In this document: one piece after another, positions 54,589 to 64,000 of the stretch
Layout of the letters: every line of letters starts with the position of its first letter
Numbering within the stretch: the first letter of the stretch is position 1
Source of the DNA: Hormiphora californensis
Lineage: Eukaryota; Animalia; Ctenophora
Assembly (NCBI GenBank): GCA_020137815.1
Contig: CM035353.1
Span: 930,001 to 994,000, forward strand
DNA length: 64,000 nt
Reading direction: 5' to 3'
The notes under the pieces: generated by a model
Database searches by the model: none
Seen by the model: the letters and a program-made list of their open reading frames with translations, nothing else
What the model was told of the DNA's origin: nothing
Made by a program: the position numbers and the translations under genes

Positions 54589-54819
54589 CATCAGCATTAT
54601 ATATAAGGTAAGCGGTAAAGGTTGACCCGTTTTCTGATGATTTTAAACTGCTTTTGGCTATAACTTAACCATTTCTTGGCCAATTTGCAAAATCTTCAAA
54701 TGAACTCAAGAAAATCAAGATCAACAAATCAATCTGCAATTCAAGGTAACAAACACTTTATCAGCTAACATTTATATGATTTAAACACACACTAACAGCA
54801 CAAAAATATGATGTTGTTC

Positions 54820-56389
54820 CTATTCAAAATAAGATCTCAGATCCATCTGTGCGTGTCCTACTCTACCAATCAGATCCCTCACTCTCCTATCAACAGCAGC
54901 AACATTCTCCGCAGTGAGTTTAGTCTTGCCTGCCCCACTCTCACCCACCGTATTAGCAGATACCTCCTTGTGTGTCCCACGCATCTTATCAAAACTTGTC
55001 GCCTCGATCACCCTTCCTATCTCATCCGGGGTGAGGGAGGGGTGTCCTAGAAAGGTATTTATTTTGGAAATTGTTGCCTCTGTCTCCTGTTTTAGATCCT
55101 CGTATTTCACGTAGAGAGTGGGGTAGTTGTGGGTGTTGGTTAGGTATCCCTCGGTGAAGGAGCTCCAGTCGGTTGGACCTGGGATTGAGCCGTGCAGGTA
55201 CACCTGTGGAAAGGGTTGATTTGATTGATTTGATTGATTGATTGAATGATTGATTGATTTATTGATTGGGTTACACTTTTATAACTGCTTGTGAGATTGT
55301 ATGTTAATCATCTTGCCTTGTTCGACCCTCCTTTCCCGCGCCCCAAAATCATCCGACTTATTTTGTCAAGTTAGCATTAACATTCCTATTTCCTAGTTTT
55401 TACCTTTTCTAGTTAATTAATTGACAAAAATCCAAGCTTTACCTTGTCCCCAAAGTAACTATCAGTAAAATCCTGGAGGTTGTCAGTGGTCACGTGGTCA
55501 GCAAAGCGTCCCTTGATGTCACCGAACAGTGAGCAGATCATGTCTTTAGGGTCCCGTACTACAAATATTATCTGAGAAAAAACACCATTTTTGGGTATAT
55601 ATCGTGTGACAAACATACCATATTTGGGCATGTTGTACCTTGCAGTGGTTATTTGACGAGAGAAACCCACATTCCTCATAGTATGCATGTGTTTTTAGAA
55701 TCCTGGGGGACTGGACGGCCTCCAACATTTCTTCCACGTCTCCATCCCTGAACAAGTACTGCTCCAAAAACTCTCCCCCCTTGCCGACCTCCGTTGTGAG
55801 ATGGTGTTGGGTGGTGTTGCTAGGGTGATGGGTGGTGTTGCTAAGGTAATGGAGATGTAACTGACGGACTATCTCTATTGTCCATGTCGTGCCGCTTCGT
55901 GGAAAGGTAGCAACTAGCACATCGTCAGGTCGGAATTTTATAGGAATATTTACTGGGGGAGTAGGGTTAGTGATGCCTTGCTCGCCAGGACGGGGAACGG
56001 GAGCCCCATGGCACCCACCCCTTACTGGCTAGTGCTTCGCACTAGCCAGCGTCCTCCCAGAAGAAGAAGAAGATGCCTTGCTCGACCCTGTTTCCCGCGC
56101 CCCACCCGAAGGTTGACATGTTCATTGTTCCCAGTCTGTCGGCGCAGGCCGCAGACTGCGTAGCATGGCAACCCGAAGGAGGGTCGGTTAGAACATAACA
56201 AACCATGCCCTAGTTTAACATATTTCGTAATTTCAGGAAACCATATTTTGGTATATGTATCACGTGACAAGCACACCGAGTTTGGGCAAATAATTCCCAT
56301 GTTCTTTGTTTACCGGGTTTCAGTGAGTTGTCTCCAGCAGATCGTGTTGTTGACCAAGACTTCTTCTCTGCTTCGGCGAAATCAGCCAT
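54820..56389 (-). CDS. Cytosolic-type sulfotransferase
   Basis: RPDDVLVATFPRSGTTW (5'-PSB), PRILKTH, IIFVVRDPKD (3'-PB), YEDLK. Likely first exon 56278-56389 is phase-compatible. Confidence 0.85.
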
Positions 56390-57514
56390 GTTCTAAAAAT
56401 CATTATCATAACAAGCTCGTTATATGGCTTGCCATAACAAGCTCGTTATATGGCAATTTGTAATATATCAAACTGAGAAAGAAACTGCAGGTGCGAAACG
56501 TGGGCACGTCGCACCCCTTATGTCGCTCCTCAAGTGCGAAACATAATCATATTACATTGGCTCACATGATAAAAAACATGGCCTGCGGAAGAGAATAAAG
56601 TAATTCGATATTTTAAGTAAGGAGCTGGTTAGGAATTATGTTTCAAAATCCAGAACATGGCCACCTGTACAAATTGGAGTACGACTGAGTTACTGGGGTC
56701 TCCCCTATATTTTCCATCAAGGCTTGCATGAAAATACTATCAGAAAAGACCAAGAATCAGTCGGGTGGCTCATCTATCATACTGGTGTTATATTGGTGTT
56801 ATATTGGTGTTATATTGTTGCTTAGAAACAGTCTGGCACCGCTGATCATGTTAGATTGATAATTGATAATTGGATGCTTGGGGGAAAAGGGTTTTGCTTG
56901 CCCAGTAAATCCCTTGCACGGGGTTCCGGTAAATCTGGGTTCCGGTAAACTGTTTACTAAACCGTCGTTGAGTAATTAATTCAGGAGGTCGTGCGGTGTG
57001 AGATGGTTTTATTTTACCCCACTCTATATTTGTCTAACCAAAATCGAAACCGTCAAGTGAAGCACACTGAAATTGATCCAATATATAACCGGCGATTTGG
57101 AGCATATGTTATACCTATTACATACGTGCAGACGTCTTGACTATTCCTAATTTATATATCCATACTATATGATTAGATGACTGGTTAAAATGGTCTATTA
57201 CTTTTTAGTGCACGAGGCCGAAGGCCGAGTGCTCTAAATACAACAATAATGAACCGAGACCGACAGGTCGAGGTAGATCCTTTTACTTAGCTGCCGAGCC
57301 TGCGAGGCACGCTAAGTGTAACTACTGAGCGAGCCTGCGAGCTCTGTAGTTGTACTTTTGGGCCGAGCCTGCGAGGCCTAAAAGTGAAAGAATCTTTAAC
57401 ATTATTGTTGTGTAATAGAGCATGTAAAAGCAGTCATCTAATTTTATTAGATGATTTTGGAAACAAACTGAGTGAAAGAGATAAAGATTGAGTGAGAGAG
57501 AGAGAGAAAGAGAA

Positions 57515-57567
<53 letters not shown>

Positions 57568-57734
57568 TGTGCAGTAGTCACTACTGCACAGTGCACACTG
57601 CACACGCCCTAACCCTTATCTTTTCTTCCCCTCTGCAACTATAGGTCACGTGATCGTCACGTGATGGCACCACACCAATGAGCGTCCTGCATCTGCTTTC
57701 CCTCTCTGCCTTCGATTCTCTCTTTCCAAACCAA

Positions 57735-57798
<64 letters not shown>

Positions 57799-57801
57799 TT
57801 A

Positions 57802-57839
<38 letters not shown>

Positions 57840-57949
57840 CATGTAGGGGAGGTTTTGAAGTTGTGGGGGCCATTTTTTGGCCAAAATTTTTTGGTCACGT
57901 GACCACTGACCAGTCACGTTATATGACATACCCCGAGTTTTTTATTGGA

Positions 57950-58310
57950 AACTTTTATAGACTAGCGCACCCATTGGGTGCGCCTCAAGTAAGGGCTTTC
58001 TAATAACCCATCCGGCTTCGCCGGTTGGTTTTTTTCGCCCCTTTCAACGTCAATAACACGGTTGCCATGGCAACTGAATTGGTAACTATGGGGACTGGCA
58101 TGTCAAAAGTCATTCAAAAATATTAACAAACTTCCACTGGAAGTTCCAAAAGTGTGAATGACAGCTTTACAGCTTTGGTCACATAAAGTATTTTATGAAG
58201 GAGCACTGTCGCGTAGATACCGCCTAACGAACGACTTCGACGACGTTCATCTCCAAATTATAATAGAGATTGGGCGAAGCGATAGCTGAGCCCGGAAAAA
58301 ATTTTTGAGT
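57950..58310 (+). mobile_element. Possible Helitron-like non-autonomous element
   Basis: Short hairpins near both ends (gcgcaccca-t-tgggtgcgc; ccggc-ttc-gccgg; gggc...gccc) and T-rich edges. Confidence 0.3.
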
Positions 58311-58419
58311 TTTATACCAAAAAGTCGCCATTTTCGTCAAGAACGAGTCGTTATTGACGAAAGTCGAAGACGGCGACTTTTTGGTTTACTTACTAACGGT
58401 CCACAGACCCAATCATCCA

Positions 58420-58700
58420 GTAAGGCCTGTCAGAGCATTGGCCTGACCCTACTCTCATTTCTTCAAGAGCGTGCGAGAACTGTGGTCAGAGCATTGGCCT
58501 GACATAGTAAGGCCGGAGTGGGAGAAAAGGGTGGGAGAGAGACATTTATCGGTGAGATAAGAGGGTCATCAGTGAGACGAGAGTGGTAGAAATCAAGAAT
58601 AGTTTGGGTGTTAGCAAAGATTGCCAGGAAGAGAGAGCAAGATATACGATATTAGGGAGGATAGAAAAGGTCTACCCCGATAACCGAAGCCGTTCCCATG
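58420..58700 (+). pseudogene. Possible degenerate BEL/Pao integrase C-terminal fragment
   Basis: VVEIKN...ILGRIEKVYPD resembles the LGRI..V.PG.DG motif of DUF5641. Confidence 0.3.
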
Positions 58701-58845
58701 CTCACAAGAAAGGCGAGAAGCCTAGCGAAAACCAGTGTAAGGTAGTGAAATTCAATGATTGGGGATCCAAACATCCAATTTTGTATGGGCGACCGAAAAA
58801 GTTGCGGGGGCCATAGCCTACGTGGCCCCCGCGTCCCCTACATGC

Positions 58846-58900
<55 letters not shown>

Positions 58901-59601
58901 AATCTTTATCTCGTTCACTCAGTTTGTAATGTTTGTAATGTTCACACTGTGTGCGTGTGACTAGAAAGTGTTTAATTTTTCACATACCACTGCAGCGGTA
59001 TTTTACTTTATAATTACTAGTGTTTTTGCAGTGGTCTAAAATTTCACAGTACACTTTAACCACCGGAAACGGTGTACTGTGAAAACTTAGATAACCGGTT
59101 AAAATTGTCTAATATAAACTATAAAAAAGGGGGGGGGGGGCGTCTAATGACATTGCCCTGCTAATTTCCCACATCAATTATCCAATTATCGTGGGCACAC
59201 AATGCCTGTGAAAATTCAATTACAGACGCCCCCCGTCACCACTCTCACATGTGTGTTTAGAGCTGTAGCAGCAGTACTATATCTGATACATACACGTGCA
59301 CTTTTTGACATGGCGGGGGGACACACCTTCTACAGCAGCTGCAATGGGTGTGTATAATATGAGAAGCTCGTGCATGCCGTACACTTTTTTACACGTGCAT
59401 TATTCCACACGTGCATCACTCAGATTTCTAGCTTTCCATTCTAGCTACCCAACCCCTCGCTCCTAAGAAACTGATGACAATAGTAATTGAAGGTGCTTGC
59501 CTTCGCGACGGGCCCAATGAAGTATCCGTTTTTGATGCCAATGGAAATTGGTTTTAAATTCTATGAATTTTAGTTTTACATTGATTCTAACATTGTATAT
59601 A

Positions 59602-60759
59602 CCGTGTGGGGCAATAAAAATGCCCCCCCAAGTCTACCATAGTTCCAGATATCGTGGAGCGCTAAAATTTGGCACAGTAACTCTATGAGACAAATAAATA
59701 ACTTGGCCAAAATTTCAGACCTCTAGCTCAAAATTCATTTTTTTGATCGGAATGAACATTGTCATTCATTCCAAGAAAAATATATTTTCGGTCCAGAATG
59801 TAACAGTCCGTCATACACATGTTTATATGGAATTTTGTGCTCGTATTTTCTGTCAGAATCTGTATAACACGCACGTGAATTTGAGCCGCGGCGCGGCGCA
59901 TCTGCACGTGCGGGTTTTCCAGAGAGAGTGAGAGACGAACGTATAACGTTAATGTGCGTCTCTCTCTTTAATCTCGCACGTGAATTTGAGCCGCGGCGCG
60001 GCGCATCTGCACGTGCGGTTCTTCCAGATAGAAATTCCAAATAGAAATTCCAGATAGAAATTCCAAATAAAAATGTGTATGACGCCGTGTAAGCAATTAT
60101 CTTTGGCTATCGATTAGCTTTCCAATGTGACCAAGATCATCTAAATTGGGCAACCACAAGAGACACAGTGTCATGTTTCTTAAAGTTAGTCAGGTCATGT
60201 GATCCTCACCGAATCGTTGATTATCTGGGATTGCTAATCGAGCCAAGGGGCAGAGGAATCTCGTATCAAGGCCGCTAATGAGGTATGTGTACCAATACAG
60301 GGTAATGTGATTCGAGGAAAGAGGACATTTATCAAAGAGCTACAGATCTCATGACCAATCAGCATCGTCATCCCTCATTAGTAGCCGTGATACGTGATTC
60401 TCTACCACTTAGACCGATTCGTAATACTGAACGCTCAACGATTCGGTGAGGATCACATGACCTGACTAACTTTAAGAAACATGGCACTGTGTCTCTTGTG
60501 GTTGTCCAATTAAGCTGATTTTGGTCACATTTGACAGCTAATCGATAGCCAAAGATAATTGCTTGAATTCTGGACCGAAAATATATTTTTCTTGGAATGA
60601 ATGGCAATGTTCATTCCGATCAAAAAAATGAATTTTGAGCTAGAGGTCTGAAATTTTGGCCAAGTTATTTGTCTCATAGAGTTACTGTACCAAATTTTAG
60701 CGCTCCAAGATTTCTGGAACTATGGTAGACTTGGGGGGCATTTTTATTGCCCCACACGG
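59602..60759. mobile_element. Foldback element with ~190-bp TIRs, TA TSD, and a second internal inverted repeat
   Basis: ta|ccgtgtggggcaataaaaatgcccccc...ggggggcatttttattgccccacacgg|ta. Internal IR ~60090-60285 vs ~60370-60565. Confidence 0.85.
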
Positions 60760-62389
60760 TAGCTAGTGTGCTCTCTAGACTTCTATTGCAGCTCGTGTAG
60801 GTGAATCTAGCACCAAATTAGACAATTGCTTCCAACTCAGCAAGCTTTTTTCTCTCCCTTCCTATATAAAATATATGATACTCACTATATAGTTCGTTCA
60901 GTACAGCTTTATACCTACCTTTCTATCTCCCTCCCTCCCTCACTCCCTCCCTCCATCCCTCCCTCCTTCCCTCTTAAACACTTTTTCTTCTTTTTGCTAC
61001 TGCTGCATGCATGCATATTATAGGTCACGTACACCTCATTGGACTTATTTTCTTGTTTCGCCGAAACTTTCGGAGTTTTTTACCCTAAAATATCATGCTT
61101 GTGCAATAATTTCGTGTTTCGGGGTTTCTTGAAAATTTGTTTATTGTCCTAAAATATCATGATAATTTTTATAAAGCTTTGAACTTCAAAGCATCATAAA
61201 ATATTTTCAAATTGAAGATAGAATTGTGCTTTTGTCTGTCCAACGCAATGAGTTGCATGATTCTTGATCAAGAATCTGCCGACAGTATTCACGCTGACAG
61301 TGACAGCTCATTATTATACCGATATGTACACTGAGGGATACGTCATATAGTAAAAATTGCTACTAATTTTTATTCCCCACCACATACACACACTTCACAC
61401 ACGCACTGCACACACATGCATATATAAGTCTATTATGAGTAAATGTGAATTTAGGCTGAATTGGTAAGTATATATCTTATATAGCGAATAGTTTATTTTG
61501 TGATTTACGCCTTTCACAGTGACGTACCTTATAGGTTCGCACTAATTCGTTACACCAAAGTTTACCGCGTCGTGTCGGGAAACTTGATTTCCAATTTCTT
61601 TTCCTGTTGAACTTGATAGCGGCTATAATACTATCAGTGTCACATCTTAGTCTTAAACGTATCAATTCTGATGCCCTATATAACTGTTGATGCCTTGATT
61701 GCTTCTGTAGTATAAAAACTATGGCATACTATTGAACATATGGGCGTATACAGAACATGGACACTATAGTGTAACACTATAACATTAGAACAATATATGC
61801 TTATTGTCAGTAGGACAGCTGTACACCACGCCTAGTATTGCTGCTGCAGCCCACATGTGTCTAGAAGCATGCCTATTCAGCAAAAATATATGCAACTACT
61901 CGGTGGTGCACTAATGCCATTTGCAGCAGTATTTTGAATATGTAAATGATTTGTCGACTTCTTTGTCAAGTATTTCCAGATTCAAGTTGTGTGTCACAAT
62001 TCAAAAATTAATTCATCTAAAATGTTCCTGGAACATTGTTCCACTTCTTAGCAGTACATGTTACAGGAAAAGCTATAACTAACTGTGAAACGTGTTTTAA
62101 TTACACTTTGGTCTTTTTGAGGTGTGCACTGCTGCACGTCTAACTGTGACAATAATTAGTGCAGTATGAGCCCCCCTCGTGTATTAAACTCTGCAACTCT
62201 GTGTTTGTACTTGTGCTGCCTGGAATATTAGAACACGTGATATTGCATTGGAAGATCCATAGTTGCGGCCATGGTATGATCTTCATGTTTTGTTCAAACA
62301 AGTCGAACAAGGCAAATTTAAGTCCTATTACTTTTGGGACGTTTTGGGTGGTGTGTTTCGGTTAATTAGAATTCTGCGCTGTTCTGGGA

Positions 62390-63056
62390 CACGGTGCCCC
62401 TTAAGGACGTTCCACCTCGACCGAGTCCCCCAGCAAAACGAACGGTTGTGTGACCTAAAGGGGACCTCTGGGAACTACGCAGGACCGTGGGGGAATTAGA
62501 TATGAAAGTAGCCAAAGGAGAAAATCACATTTAGGGCAAAAAACCCCAAAAAACGCCATTTTAACAATGTTGCCGTGGATTTAGAGTTCCAATTCCAGCG
62601 GCAATCGATTCGGCGTGTCAAAAAACCCTGGGGTGACTTGATTTTGGTCGAAAAAAAAATAGATTGGAAAATTTGGAATGTAGAATTTGGTCATTTTTCT
62701 CACACTACATTCCAAATTTTCCAATCTCAAATCCTTAATCCCCATTTTGCGGACAGCTTACTCGTTGGACGAGTTGAATGGCGAAGAGGGCAGGGAAACG
62801 TAGCATTATGGATACATAATGCAAATAATTCTTGTTTTTTCGACCAAAACCAAGTCACCCCAGGGTTTTTTGACACGCCGAATCGATTGCCGCTGGAATT
62901 GGAACTCTAAATCCACGGCAACATTGTTAAAATGGCGTTTTTGGTTTTTTTTGTTGCCCTAAATGCGATTTTCTCCTTTGGCTACTTTCATATCTTTTCC
63001 CCCACGGTCCTGCGTAGTTCCCAGAGGTCCCCTGGAACGTCCTTAGGGGCACCGTG
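62390..63056. mobile_element. Palindromic MITE with CAC...GTG ends and 4-bp TSD (Chapaev-like)
   Basis: ggga|cacggtgcccct...aggggcaccgtg|ggga. Arms pair over ~230 bp. Confidence 0.75.
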
Positions 63057-63723
63057 GGGAGTATAGTTGTGTACCCCCTCACAACAACTGTTCTGGGAGT
63101 TCAAAGGACAATTGGATAGTATCAAAATGTGTTTGTACCATGAGATATTCAAGAAGCCTCATACATGGACACTGTAATTGAAACTAGGAGACTTGAAAGC
63201 GTTGAAAGGGAGAAGCATATGAAATAGTTAGAAATACATAGACTGAAAGAGAATTCTTAATGCTGCTCGAGCCTATAAATTATTACATATACAATTATGA
63301 AGCTACGAGGGTGTGAATTCCGAGTCAAATATCAAAGTTTCAACCGGGTAGTATTCCGTGCGTTGCAGACTAAATTCCTTTTGATAAAATGCGCTTTGTT
63401 CCTTTTTATTATAGTTTAGGTTTTACATGTCTGTATAATATATTAAAGGTCAGCACCATTTCTTGAATCCATATCGTTCACTTCATAAACTAACCACAAC
63501 TTCACTTATTTGTTTAAAGTATGTGAGTTGATAAGTTCCAGTCTATGTATAGATGCTACTTAGTTACCGCTATTACGAAAAGAAAACAGAACCACCCCCT
63601 GTTCTTGTTATAATCAAACACAAAAATGAAGGTAACAATATATGCTAGTAAATTTTCCAATTATTCAATTTTAGTTGTTTTCAATTAAATTCCCTTGATC
63701 TATGTGATTTTATCGCCCGTATA

Positions 63724-64000
63724 GGTTCTGCGGGGATACGGAAAGTTCAGTTTTTGTCAGTTGGTAATAAGGACGAGGCGGATCAACCAGGAAGTAGCTC
63801 GGAAGATGCCGGCCCCGTTCTACCCAACGAGACTGACTTCTCAGTTAACTTAGGTATTTAGAGTTGATTATAATTAAATCATATCAAATTATATATTAAA
63901 TGTTTGTTGTTTCCAGTTGTGTGGGATTTACAGAAACTCGATTCTTCGGGCGAATATAAACCCCAAATCCTCATTGAGGATTCCTCGTGATTCATTCCTT
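63724..64000 (+). CDS. Possible exons of a gene running off the right edge
   Basis: AG...GT-bounded purine-rich segment ~63724-63853 and a second acceptor at ~63916. No recognisable domain. Confidence 0.25.

Noticed and set aside
53926-54625. Long ORFs (VQYST)n and (VLYCT)n
   Set aside because: Translations of a pentanucleotide microsatellite.

Overview
Gene-dense, intron-rich animal genomic DNA, not prokaryotic. A ctenophore is the best guess; this is an inference from the Epsilon-like iGluR features, short introns, a nested gene and AG acceptors just before many start codons. About 13 protein-coding genes can be read by hand: a secreted or receptor-type ORF at the left edge, an IRBIT/AHCYL-like gene (6442-22064, minus) whose 8.56-kb intron holds a complete antisense ionotropic glutamate receptor gene, TSR2, a large C2H2 zinc-finger gene, UTP3/Sas10, NDUFB7, a COA3-like microprotein, WDR45B/WIPI3, a 135-aa membrane protein, cyclin L, DDX41 and a sulfotransferase. 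Between and inside the genes are a 5'-truncated CRE-type non-LTR retrotransposon with a 14-bp TSD and many MITE, foldback and Helentron-like elements. The most striking pattern is a ~109-bp hAT-like MITE. All 8 copies found are intronic and lie within 30 nt of a 5' splice site, and in several the 8-bp target duplication is the splice donor itself. Tandem expansions of donor, acceptor and branch-point sequences recur at other introns. Many single-base frameshifts in conserved genes fall in homopolymers and look like assembly errors. All coordinates and splice models were derived by eye.
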